In this document: positions 38,020 to 47,263 of the stretch, piece after piece
Position numbering within the stretch: position 1 is the stretch's first letter
How the letters are laid out: each line of letters opens with the position of its first letter
Made by a program: the position numbers and the translations under genes
DNA from: Chryseobacterium gleum
GTDB lineage: Bacteria; Bacteroidota; Bacteroidia; UBA10329
Length of the DNA stretch: 64,000 nucleotides
Reading direction: 5' to 3'
Assembly: GCA_945903645.1 (NCBI GenBank)
Contig: CAMDOM010000001.1
Location: 118,491 to 182,490 of the forward strand
The notes under the pieces: model-generated
Seen by the model: the letters and a program-made list of their open reading frames with translations, nothing else
Databases searched by the model: none
Told to the model about the DNA's origin: nothing

Positions 38020-41000
38020 GTGATTTTTCTGAACCGTTTTCTTTCACTTCGATTTTTTGCCGCTGTGTTGCTCTGTTTCAGCGGGATAGGTGCGATTGGG
38101 CAAACCTATGACTTCCAAAATTTCACTACCGAAAATGGGTTATCCAAATCTCAAATACTTGCACTTTTTCAGGGCGAGGAAGGCGAAATGTGGATGGGAA
38201 CCAATGCTGGTGGAGTGAACCGCTATAATGGAGCGGGCTTTAGCTATCTGAACAAGGAAAATGGCTTGCCCGACAATACCGTTTTCGCATTTGCAAAAGA
38301 CAAGCTTGGGCGATTACTTATAGGCACCAACAATGGCCTAACGGTAATGAATGGCATCCGCATCGATACCGTTACAATTGCGCAAGGGCTAACGCACGAG
38401 GCCATTCATAGCCTTCATGTGGCCAAGAATGGAACCATTTGGGTGGGCACGCGCAAAGGAGTTTGTACCCTAAGTGGACTCAAAATCACACCCTTTTTGG
38501 GCGATACCAATTTGCTTAATTCTACGGTGCTCAACATAAGAGAAGGTGCCGATGGCGGCATTTGGTTTTGTACCGTTCAGCATGGATTGTTCCGATTTGA
38601 AGGAGGGAAATTGAAGCAATTTAGTGTGGAAAGTGGTCTGCTTCGCAATTACGTGTATGATGCAATGCCGCAGCAAGGGGGCAAGGCTTGGATTTTTGGA
38701 TACGATGGATTGTACCACACGCAGGGAGACACTGCCAAGCTACAAACCGTGGCCGAAGTGCCCAAGGGCACTTCGTTCTATACCTATCAGCGCGATCGCT
38801 CGGGCAATATCTGGATAGGAACATCGCGTGGAGTATTGAAATTCAAAGACAATAGCTACACCCTATTGAACGAGTCGAATGGGCTTGTGAACAACGATAT
38901 ATGGAAAATACTGCAAGACCGTGAAGGCAATTTGTGGTTTGGGTCGAAGGTGAATGGCGTTTCGAAATTGAATAGCGAACGCTTTAAGCTTTTTGGCTTG
39001 GATTCGCTTACGAAACAAGATGTGAATGCAGTGCTTAAAGACAGCAAATCGAGGGTGTGGCTTGGTACTAAAAAAGGGCTTGTGCTTTGGGGCGACAATA
39101 AAGTGCAACGGGTATTTAAGTTTTCGGATGGATTGTCTACCGAAATTGTAAATGATTTGAAGGAGGATGTTAGCGGCAATATTTTCATTGCCACAAATTA
39201 TGGCCTCACCATTTATGACGGTAAAAAACTTAAGGCTATTGAATCGCCTGATGAGATTCTGAACGAATGCTACACCATATTGTTGGAAGATTCGAATGTG
39301 TGGGTGGGCACCAAGGGAGGAGTTGCACGCTATGAAAACGGAAAGCTAGAAGCGGTAAAAGAAGCTACCACATTTAGGCGCGAGGTTTTTCATGTCTGCA
39401 AACTGGAGGATGGAATTTGGTTTGCCTACGAAGATGGTTTGCTACATTATGATGGTAAGACATTTCGGCAGTTGAAGGCGAAGGATGGCTTTACCGATGG
39501 GCGAACCCGAAGTGTAATAAATGGGCCAGATGGCCATCTGTGGTTTGGTAATACAGATGGAGTATTTAAGTGGGATGGAAAAAAACTGACTCGATTTGAC
39601 CAAAACAACGGATTGATGGCAAATGGTGTCAATTCGTTGATTTTTGACACGAAAGGAAATTTGTGGGTGGGCCAATCGAAGGGTTTGTGCAAAATGACCT
39701 TTAGTGGCGATAGCCTACAATCGGTGATTCGCTACTCGCGAGAGCAAGGCTTTTTGGGGCTTGATTGTAACACAAATTCTATCATGATAGATGAGGATGG
39801 TGTGCTATGGGTTGGCACATCAAACGGGCTTATTTCGTTCGACCCGCGGTTGGACAAAGGCGAATACCACAAGCCGTTGACCCGCATCAACGAAGTGAAA
39901 CTGTATTCGCAATCGGTAAACTGGCAACTGTTTACTGATTCGCTAACAGACACAGGTCTTCCAAGAAACTTGGAACTGGACTACGATAAGAACCACCTCA
40001 CTTTTGTGTTTACGGGAGTTAGCCTTACCACACCTGAAAGCATCAACTACATCTATTTCTTAAAGGGATTTGATGATGAGTGGTCGCCTGTGAGCAACAA
40101 CAACGAGGCTACCTACGCCAACCTGCCGCCCGGAAGTTACACTTTTATGGTGCGGTCGGGCTATGGCAACGAAATATGGGATAACGAAGCTGTTGAATTC
40201 AGTTTTACCATTAAGCCGCCATTTTATCGCACCACGTGGTTCTATATCTTAATTGGATTGATAGCTGCGGGTATTGCCTATTCCTATTATGCCATTCGGA
40301 GGGCCAATGTGAAAATCACCGCTCAAAATGCATTTATCGAAGGGCAAAAAGGTGAGATTGAGAAGAAGAAGGACGAGATTGAGAAGAAAAACCGGGAGAT
40401 GACCGATAGCATCAACTATGCGAGCACTATTCAATCGGCCATATTGCCATCGGACGAACTTTGGTTTAAGTTGTTGCCCGATTCGTTTGTGTTTTTTCAA
40501 CCTAAAGATATTGTAAGTGGCGATTTTTATTGGTTGGAAAGCCGCGATTCGGAAGTGTTTTTTAGCGCAGTAGACTGCACTGGGCATGGAGTGCCAGGGG
40601 CATTGATGAGTATTATTGGAAACAATGGGTTGAACCAAGCCGTGAACGAACACAGGTTAATGAATCCTGCCGAAATCCTGAATTACCTCAGCGTGAGCGT
40701 CAACGAATCGCTACGCAAATCAGAGCGCAGCAATTACGTGAAAGACGGGATGGACTTGGCGTTTTGTCGGCTCAATTTGCAGACCCGCGTGTTGCATTAC
40801 GCTGGCGCCTACAACCCATTGGTTATTATTCGCAATGGAGAATTAATGGTAACCAAAGCCGACCGCTTGGCCATAGGCTCTATGGACAATGTGGAAAAGA
40901 GTTTTATCAATCACGAGCTGCAATTGCAACCGGGCGATTGTGTGTATGTGTATTCAGATGGTTATGCCGACCAGTTTGGCGGGCCGCTGGGCAAGAAGCT

Positions 41001-41148
41001 GAAATCGGCACCGATGCTCAACAAACTGGCAGAAATAAGTAGCCTCCCCATGACCAAGCAGGGCAATGAACTGCGTAAGTTCTTTCTAGAATGGAAGGGC
41101 CAGCTAGAACAGGTGGATGATATTTGTATTATCGGGGTGCGGGTTTAG
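38020..41148 (+). CDS. periplasmic two-component-regulator propeller (Reg_prop repeats plus Y_Y_Y) sensor fused via a TM helix and coiled coil to a SpoIIE/PP2C-family Ser/Thr phosphatase (GTG start)
   Basis: About 12 repeats of the G-x-W-x-G-T-x-x-G-L pattern (WMGTNAGGVNRY, IWVGTRKGV, IWIGTSRGVLKF ...). A Y_Y_Y block, a TM helix WFYILIGLIAAGIAYSYYAI, and the coiled coil EIEKKKDEIEKKNRE. PP2C/SpoIIE motifs SGDFYW and DCTGHGVPGALMS, with a terminal acidic motif. Confidence 0.8.
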   Translation: MIFLNRFLSLRFFAAVLLCFSGIGAIGQTYDFQNFTTENGLSKSQILALFQGEEGEMWMGTNAGGVNRYNGAGFSYLNKENGLPDNTVFAFAKDKLGRLLIGTNNGLTVMNGIRIDTVTIAQGLTHEAIHSLHVAKNGTIWVGTRKGVCTLSGLKITPFLGDTNLLNSTVLNIREGADGGIWFCTVQHGLFRFEGGKLKQFSVESGLLRNYVYDAMPQQGGKAWIFGYDGLYHTQGDTAKLQTVAEVPKGTSFYTYQRDRSGNIWIGTSRGVLKFKDNSYTLLNESNGLVNNDIWKILQDREGNLWFGSKVNGVSKLNSERFKLFGLDSLTKQDVNAVLKDSKSRVWLGTKKGLVLWGDNKVQRVFKFSDGLSTEIVNDLKEDVSGNIFIATNYGLTIYDGKKLKAIESPDEILNECYTILLEDSNVWVGTKGGVARYENGKLEAVKEATTFRREVFHVCKLEDGIWFAYEDGLLHYDGKTFRQLKAKDGFTDGRTRSVINGPDGHLWFGNTDGVFKWDGKKLTRFDQNNGLMANGVNSLIFDTKGNLWVGQSKGLCKMTFSGDSLQSVIRYSREQGFLGLDCNTNSIMIDEDGVLWVGTSNGLISFDPRLDKGEYHKPLTRINEVKLYSQSVNWQLFTDSLTDTGLPRNLELDYDKNHLTFVFTGVSLTTPESINYIYFLKGFDDEWSPVSNNNEATYANLPPGSYTFMVRSGYGNEIWDNEAVEFSFTIKPPFYRTTWFYILIGLIAAGIAYSYYAIRRANVKITAQNAFIEGQKGEIEKKKDEIEKKNREMTDSINYASTIQSAILPSDELWFKLLPDSFVFFQPKDIVSGDFYWLESRDSEVFFSAVDCTGHGVPGALMSIIGNNGLNQAVNEHRLMNPAEILNYLSVSVNESLRKSERSNYVKDGMDLAFCRLNLQTRVLHYAGAYNPLVIIRNGELMVTKADRLAIGSMDNVEKSFINHELQLQPGDCVYVYSDGYADQFGGPLGKKLKSAPMLNKLAEISSLPMTKQGNELRKFFLEWKGQLEQVDDICIIGVRV

Positions 41149-41156
41149 ACTAGCTT

Positions 41157-41735
41157 TTAAGCATACCGCTCATCCACAGCAAACCTTTCGGGATGTTTGG
41201 GTGGAATGTCACGATAAAACGCCACTATTTCGCGCATGTCTTTATCAATATCGCCTGAAGGGAACACGATTTTTCCCACACCAGCGCGTTTTCGTTTATA
41301 ATCCAAATAGCCTAAAGCAATAGGCACTTTGGCATTGAGGGCCACGTAGTAAAATCCAGTTTTCCATTCGGTTCTGCGTGAGCGCGTTCCTTCTGGAGTC
41401 ACCATCATGGCCAATCGTTCGTGATCGTCAAATAGCACTACCATGGCCTCAGTCATGCTTTTGCGCGGTTCGCCCGGTTGCTTTGGTCTGCGGTCTATGC
41501 CTATGCCGCCTAAGGCGCGGGTCAACGGGCCAAAAGGAAAGCGTAACCATTCGTCTTTTATAGTGAAACGAAGCGGTACTCCCATTAAGAAGAATGCTGC
41601 ACGGGCATACACCAAATCCCAATTGCTGGTGTGGGGCGCGGCTATTATCACGCAGCGGTTCACATCTTTGGGCACATCCTCATCCTTGGTCCAACCACTG
41701 ATTGCGAAAATTAACTTGGAAATAAACTTGCCCAT
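41157..41735 (-). CDS. 1-acyl-sn-glycerol-3-phosphate acyltransferase (PlsC family); start moved to an internal Met
   Basis: H(X)4D acyltransferase motif HTSNWD, then GPLTRALGGIGIDRR and PEGTRS blocks. The track start at 41858 would overlap the divergent neighbour by 48 bp, so MGKFISKLIFAISGW at 41735 is the more plausible start. Confidence 0.75.
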   Translation of the reverse strand: MGKFISKLIFAISGWTKDEDVPKDVNRCVIIAAPHTSNWDLVYARAAFFLMGVPLRFTIKDEWLRFPFGPLTRALGGIGIDRRPKQPGEPRKSMTEAMVVLFDDHERLAMMVTPEGTRSRRTEWKTGFYYVALNAKVPIALGYLDYKRKRAGVGKIVFPSGDIDKDMREIVAFYRDIPPKHPERFAVDERYA

Positions 41736-41810
41736 AGCGCTTTTTTGAAGGGTTGATGGGGGCGAAGATACTACAGACCTTTCTCTACCTTCGCGCCAAA
41801 ATCTAAAAGC

Positions 41811-42785
41811 ATGACACGCGGACCAATCTCCCATTTCATTGAAGAACATTACCGACACTTCAATGCAGCAGCACTAGTAGATGCTGCTAAAGGATACGAA
41901 GCCCACCTAGCGGAAGGCGGCAAAATGATGGTTACTATGGCTGGTGCTATGAGCACAGCAGAGTTGGGTCGCTCGTTTGCTGAGATGATTCGTCAGGGCA
42001 AAGTGGACATTATCTCGTGCACAGGAGCCAACTTGGAAGAAGACCTGATGAACCTAGTGGCGCATTCGCACTACAAGCGCGTGCCGCACTACCGCGACTT
42101 GAGCCCCCAAGACGAATGGGATTTGTTGGAGCAAGGCTTTAACCGCGTAACCGATACCTGCATCCCCGAAGAAGAGGCCTTTCGCAGATTGCAGAAGCAT
42201 ATTTATGAGCTTTGGAAAGATGCCAACGCCAAAGGTGAACGCTATTTTCCGCACGAATACATGTACAAAATGTTGCTTTCGGGTGTGTTGGAACAGTACT
42301 ATGAGATTGACCCCAAGAACAGTTGGATGCTAGCCGCTGCCGAGCGCAACCTGCCGATAGTTTGCCCAGGATGGGAAGACAGCACTATGGGTAACATTTT
42401 CGCTAGCTATTGCATCAAAGGCGAATTGATTAGCACCACCATGAAAAGCGGCATCGATTATATGGTGTGGCTCACGGGCTGGTATCGCGAGAATAGCAGT
42501 GGCAAAGGCGTAGGCTTTTTCCAGATAGGTGGCGGCATTGCGGGCGATTTCCCTATTTGCGTAGTGCCTATGATGTACCAAGATTTGGAGTGGCATGATG
42601 TGCCGTTTTGGAGTTATTTCTGCCAAATTAGCGATAGCACCACCAGTTATGGTTCGTACTCAGGAGCGGTTCCCAACGAGAAAATCACGTGGGGCAAACT
42701 CGACATCCATACCCCAAAATTCATCATCGAGAGCGATGCCACCATCGTTGCCCCGCTGGTATTTGCTTGGGTGTTGAAATGGTAA
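41811..42785 (+). CDS. deoxyhypusine synthase-like protein (DHS/homospermidine synthase family)
   Basis: Size is 324 aa. The NAD-binding Rossmann-like core and conserved DHS-like blocks (…MVTMAGAMSTAELG…DIISCTGANLEEDL…) are present. Confidence 0.65.
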   Translation: MTRGPISHFIEEHYRHFNAAALVDAAKGYEAHLAEGGKMMVTMAGAMSTAELGRSFAEMIRQGKVDIISCTGANLEEDLMNLVAHSHYKRVPHYRDLSPQDEWDLLEQGFNRVTDTCIPEEEAFRRLQKHIYELWKDANAKGERYFPHEYMYKMLLSGVLEQYYEIDPKNSWMLAAAERNLPIVCPGWEDSTMGNIFASYCIKGELISTTMKSGIDYMVWLTGWYRENSSGKGVGFFQIGGGIAGDFPICVVPMMYQDLEWHDVPFWSYFCQISDSTTSYGSYSGAVPNEKITWGKLDIHTPKFIIESDATIVAPLVFAWVLKW

Positions 42786-43077
42786 TACGCTATTGTTCGC
42801 TATCAATTCGGTAGCTACTTTTGCGCACGTTCTTTGCATTCTTACTTATCCAGAAAGACGGAGGGATTAGGCCCGCTGATGTCTTGGCAACCCCAATTGT
42901 TGGAAGGTGCCAAATCCTGCTCTAAGCGAAAGCTAGGAGAGAGATAGGTTGTAGCTCCACTGTGGACTTCTAACTTGACACCATCATGCCCATCCAACAC
43001 CCATTGGAAGGGCATTTTTGTTTGGAATAAGTGATGTGTGATGCGCGAAAAATGATGTGAATCTTAATTTTTGAACA

Positions 43078-44112
43078 GTGAACAGAACAGAACTTTTACA
43101 AGACGCCCTCAGCAAACGCATCCTTGTGTTGGATGGAGCGATGGGCACCATGATACAGCGCCACACGCTAACGGAGGAGGATTTTCGTGGCGATCGGTTC
43201 AAGTGGCATTCCCATCCGCTGAAAGGCAACAATGACCTGCTTAGCATCACGCGGCCCGACATCATCAAGGGTATTCATGCTGCGTATTTTGAAGCAGGGG
43301 CCGACATTGCCGAAACCAACACGTTTAGCGGAACCACCATCGCGCAAGCAGATTATCATTTGCAAGATGCGGTGTATGACATCAACTTTCAAAGCGCTAA
43401 AATTGCCCGAGAGGTGGCCGATGAGTTCACCGCTCGCGAACCGCACAAGCCGCGCTTTGTGGCGGGCAGCATTGGCCCAACCAACCGCACGGCCAGCCTT
43501 TCGCCCGATGTGAACGACCCAGGGTTTAGAGCCGTAACCTTCAACGAGCTGAAGGATGCCTACATCTTCCAAGTGAAAGGGCTGATGGATGGTGGCGCAG
43601 ATATTCTGATGGTGGAAACCGTGTTCGATACGCTCAATGCCAAAGCCGCGCTCTTCGGCATTGAGGAATACTTCGAGCAGATTGGAAGGCGCATTCCCAT
43701 CATGGTATCGGGCACCATTACCGATGCCAGCGGGCGCACCCTAAGCGGACAGACCACCGAGGCATTCCTTATTTCCGTATCTCATATACCACTGCTTTCG
43801 GTTGGTTTGAATTGTGCTCTTGGTGCTTCTGCACTGCGCCCCTATTTGCAAGTGTTGGCCAAGAACGCCCCCTTTGCAATAAGCGCCCACCCGAATGCTG
43901 GCCTACCCAACGAATTTGGCGAGTATGATGAGACCCCAGAAATAATGGCTCCCCAAATAGAGGATTTCCTAAAAGAGAATCTCATAAACATTATCGGTGG
44001 TTGCTGTGGCACCACTCCCGACCACATTCGGGCCATTGCTAAAGTTGCGGCCAAGTACAAACCAAGGAAGAAGTCAGATATCAGTAGTCAGATGTCAGAG
44101 GCTACTGGGTAA
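43078..44112 (+). CDS. metH: methionine synthase, N-terminal homocysteine S-methyltransferase (Hcy-binding) module, encoded as a separate ORF
   Basis: Collinear with E. coli MetH residues 1 to about 340 ([11 protein letters not shown]; C-terminal Zn ligands GGCCGTTP). The ORF runs into the inserted element and stops at the TAA at 44110-12. Confidence 0.85.
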   Translation: MNRTELLQDALSKRILVLDGAMGTMIQRHTLTEEDFRGDRFKWHSHPLKGNNDLLSITRPDIIKGIHAAYFEAGADIAETNTFSGTTIAQADYHLQDAVYDINFQSAKIAREVADEFTAREPHKPRFVAGSIGPTNRTASLSPDVNDPGFRAVTFNELKDAYIFQVKGLMDGGADILMVETVFDTLNAKAALFGIEEYFEQIGRRIPIMVSGTITDASGRTLSGQTTEAFLISVSHIPLLSVGLNCALGASALRPYLQVLAKNAPFAISAHPNAGLPNEFGEYDETPEIMAPQIEDFLKENLINIIGGCCGTTPDHIRAIAKVAAKYKPRKKSDISSQMSEATG

Positions 44113-44561
44113 AAAATTAGATTTCAGATGTCAGACATTGGATGTCAGAGTAATACGTTAAGCAAATGCACCATTTAGAACAACTCAAGGTTTGGAAATT
44201 GGCGATGGAGATTGCGAAGGATGTGTATATCATCACCAAAGATTTTCCTTCTGAAGAAAAATTTGGTTTGACATCACAAGTTCGAAGGGCGGCTGTTTCT
44301 ATTGCCAGTAATATCGCAGAAGGAGCGGGCAGATATTCAGATAAGGAATTTGCCCAATTTCTTTCCATCGCATCAGGATCTTCTTTTGAAGTTAGAACTT
44401 AGCTCCTCCTTTCTGAACAACTTGGTTTTTCTTCCAATGAAAATTTAATAGATGTATTGAACAAACTTTCAGAACTAGAACTCATGATTCTAGGACTTCG
44501 TAAATCATTAAATACCCCATAATAGGCCATTTTCCAAGACCCATTTAATCTGACATCTGAT
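44088..44561. mobile_element. about 470-bp insertion in the metH interdomain linker, flanked by a 12-bp perfect inverted repeat, carrying an Avd-like gene
   Basis: tcagatgtcaga occurs at 44088-99 and 44124-35, with a partial third copy gatgtcagag at 44141-50. Its exact reverse complement tctgacatctga occurs at 44549-60. The ATG of the downstream metH ORF (44560) lies at the edge of the right repeat. Confidence 0.55.
44166..44513 (+). pseudogene. four-helix-bundle protein (23S rRNA intervening-sequence protein / Avd-like family) with an in-frame TAG
   Basis: MHHLEQLKVWKLAMEIAKDVYIITKDFPSEEKFGLTSQVRRAAVSIASNIAEGAGRY...FEVRT-[TAG at 44400-02]-QLLLSEQLGFSSNENLIDVLNKLSELELMILGLRKSLNTP. The full-length family pattern is present if TAG is read through. 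Confidence 0.65.
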
Positions 44562-47262
44562 GTCTGAAATCCATAACTCAATGTCTGAATCTAATATACC
44601 ACCATTGCAACTCTCGGGACTGGAACCTCTTCAAATCTATGAGGGGTCGAACTTCATCAACATAGGGGAGCGCACCAATGTGACCGGGTCGCGCATGTTC
44701 CTCCGTTTAATAAAGGAAGGAAAGTATGAAGACGCGCTGGTAGTGGCCCGCGACCAAGTGGAAGGAGGTGCTCAAATTTTGGACGTGAACATGGACGAGG
44801 GCATGATCGATGGCAAAGAGGCCATGGTCAAGTTCCTGCATCTTATTGCTTCAGAGCCCGATATTTCCCGCATTCCAATTATGATTGACAGCTCGAAATG
44901 GGAGATTATCGAGGCAGGGCTGCAATGTGTGCAGGGCAAGAGTGTGGTTAATTCCATCAGCCTGAAAGAAGGCGAGGAACAGTTTATCCATCACGCCAAA
45001 TTGGTCAAGCGTTATGGTGCGGCAGTAATCGTCATGGCGTTTGACGAGGCTGGTCAAGCCGATAGCTATGAGCGTAGGATAGAAATCTGTAAACGCTGCT
45101 ACGACATTTTGGTGAATGTCGTGGGCTTCCCGCGTCAGGACATAATCTTCGACCCGAACATCTTTCCTGTGGCTACGGGCATGGAGGAACACAACAACAA
45201 CGCTGTAGACTTTTTCCGCGCCACAGCTTGGATAAAGGAAAACTTGCCAGGGGCTAAAGTAAGTGGAGGCGTCAGCAATGTATCGTTCTCTTTCCGCGGC
45301 AACGACCCTGTGCGCGAGGCCATGCACTCGGCTTTCCTCTACCACGGCATCAAAGCGGGCATGGACATGGGCATCGTGAACCCGGCCATGCTCGAAGTGT
45401 ACGACCAGATTCCGAAAGAACTTTTGGAGCGGGTGGAGGATGTGCTGCTCAACCGCAGGGCCGATGCCACCGAGCGTCTGCTCGAATTTGCTGAAAGCTA
45501 CAAAGGCGTAAAGAAAGATGCCAAAGAAGACCTCGAATGGCGGTCTTTGCCCGTTCGCGAAAGATTAAGCCACGCCTTAGTGAAAGGTATTGTGGAATTT
45601 ATTGAGCCAGATGTGGAGGAATGTCGCCTGTCGATGGCCAAGCCATTGCATGTTATCGAAGGCCCGCTGATGGATGGAATGAACATCGTTGGCGACCTTT
45701 TTGGAGCAGGAAAGATGTTCCTGCCGCAAGTAGTAAAAAGTGCACGGGTGATGAAAAAGGCTGTCGCGTATCTCCTCCCATTCATGGAGCAAGATGTGGA
45801 CGGTTCGGCATCGAAGTCGGGCAAAGTGCTGATGGCCACCGTGAAGGGCGATGTGCATGACATCGGAAAGAATATCGTGGGAGTGGTGCTTGCCTGCAAT
45901 AACTACGAGGTGATTGACATGGGTGTAATGGTGCCCGCAGAGAAGATTCTTGCGGAGGCCAAGGCTCAGAATGTTGATGTCATCGGGCTTAGCGGTCTCA
46001 TCACACCTTCGTTGGACGAGATGGTGCATTTGGCAAAAGAGATGCAACGGAGTGGCTTCACCATACCATTGCTCATTGGTGGTGCAACCACTTCAAGGGT
46101 GCATACAGCGGTGAAGATTGACAGTCATTACACCAACGATCAGGCTGTGCACGTGCTCGATGCTTCGCGGGCGGTGACGGTGGTAGAAAGGCTTCTTAGT
46201 GCCGACAAGAAGGCTTATGTGGACGGCATCAAGGCCGAATATGCCCAAATGCGCGAGACCCATGCCCGCAAACAGGGCGAGAAGAACTACGTGACGCTTG
46301 CCGATGCCCGCGCCAATCGTTTCCCTATCACGTGGAAGGCTGAGGACATCCATCGCCCGAATAAACTGGGCATCACAACGATGAGCGACTTCCCGCTTGC
46401 TGAATTGGTACCCTACATCGACTGGACACCCTTCTTCCAAACGTGGGAGCTGGCTGGCCGCTATCCGCGCATCTTAGAAGATGAAGTGGTGGGAGAGGAA
46501 GCCAAACGGCTATTCGCGGATGCACAGGCGATGCTCAACAAGATTGTTTCGGAGAAATGGCTCACCGCAAATGGAGTGATTGGCCTTTGGCCCGCCAATG
46601 CCGTGGGGGATGATATGGAGGTTTATGATTCCACCGACCCGACAAAATCCATCGGTAAGTTCCATTCCCTCCGTCAACAAGGCAAGAAGGGCACGGACGT
46701 TCCGAACATCGCATTGGCCGATTATCTCGCTCCAAACGAAACGGGACTTAAGGACTATTTGGGCGGATTTGTGGTCACCACAGGCATCGGCATTGAGGAG
46801 AAGCTGACCGAGTTCGCTGCCGACCATGACGACTACAGCAGTATCATGCTCAAGGCGCTGGCCGACCGATTGGCCGAGGCATTTGCCGAGAAACTGCACG
46901 AGATTGTACGCAAGGAACTTTGGGGCTACGCTTCGGATGAGTCATTGGACAACGAGAGTCTCATCAAGGAAAAATACCGTGGCATCCGTCCCGCGCCCGG
47001 TTATCCCGCCTGTCCGGATCACACCGAGAAACCTGAGCTGTTCCGACTGCTTAATGCCACAGAGAACACGGGTGCCATCCTCACCGAATCCATGGCGATG
47101 ATGCCAGCAGCGGCTGTAAGCGGTTGGTATTTCGGGCATCCCGAATCGAAATACTTCGGCCTTGGTAAGATTACCAAAGATCAGGTGGAGGATTACGCCT
47201 GGCGCAAGGGAATGACATTGGACGAGGCAGAGCGGTGGTTGAGTCCTGCGTTGAGTTATTGA
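44560..47262 (+). CDS. metH: methionine synthase, pterin-binding + cobalamin-binding + AdoMet-activation modules, encoded as a separate ORF
   Basis: Collinear with E. coli MetH from ...RLSGLEPLNI onward (here [11 protein letters not shown]) to the C-terminus. B12-binding D-x-H-x-x-G ([11 protein letters not shown]). Reactivation domain ...[15 protein letters not shown]...VSGWYF. Confidence 0.9.
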   Translation: MSEIHNSMSESNIPPLQLSGLEPLQIYEGSNFINIGERTNVTGSRMFLRLIKEGKYEDALVVARDQVEGGAQILDVNMDEGMIDGKEAMVKFLHLIASEPDISRIPIMIDSSKWEIIEAGLQCVQGKSVVNSISLKEGEEQFIHHAKLVKRYGAAVIVMAFDEAGQADSYERRIEICKRCYDILVNVVGFPRQDIIFDPNIFPVATGMEEHNNNAVDFFRATAWIKENLPGAKVSGGVSNVSFSFRGNDPVREAMHSAFLYHGIKAGMDMGIVNPAMLEVYDQIPKELLERVEDVLLNRRADATERLLEFAESYKGVKKDAKEDLEWRSLPVRERLSHALVKGIVEFIEPDVEECRLSMAKPLHVIEGPLMDGMNIVGDLFGAGKMFLPQVVKSARVMKKAVAYLLPFMEQDVDGSASKSGKVLMATVKGDVHDIGKNIVGVVLACNNYEVIDMGVMVPAEKILAEAKAQNVDVIGLSGLITPSLDEMVHLAKEMQRSGFTIPLLIGGATTSRVHTAVKIDSHYTNDQAVHVLDASRAVTVVERLLSADKKAYVDGIKAEYAQMRETHARKQGEKNYVTLADARANRFPITWKAEDIHRPNKLGITTMSDFPLAELVPYIDWTPFFQTWELAGRYPRILEDEVVGEEAKRLFADAQAMLNKIVSEKWLTANGVIGLWPANAVGDDMEVYDSTDPTKSIGKFHSLRQQGKKGTDVPNIALADYLAPNETGLKDYLGGFVVTTGIGIEEKLTEFAADHDDYSSIMLKALADRLAEAFAEKLHEIVRKELWGYASDESLDNESLIKEKYRGIRPAPGYPACPDHTEKPELFRLLNATENTGAILTESMAMMPAAAVSGWYFGHPESKYFGLGKITKDQVEDYAWRKGMTLDEAERWLSPALSY

Positions 47263-47263
47263 G

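Noticed and set aside
38470-39194. Several 60-110-aa minus-strand ORFs inside the sensor-phosphatase gene
   Set aside because: Antisense to a long gene with consistent repeat architecture, and no independent support.
44772-46899. Several 60-165-aa ORFs on both strands inside metH
   Set aside because: They are embedded in, or antisense to, the highly conserved MetH reading frame. The MetH frame accounts for the region.
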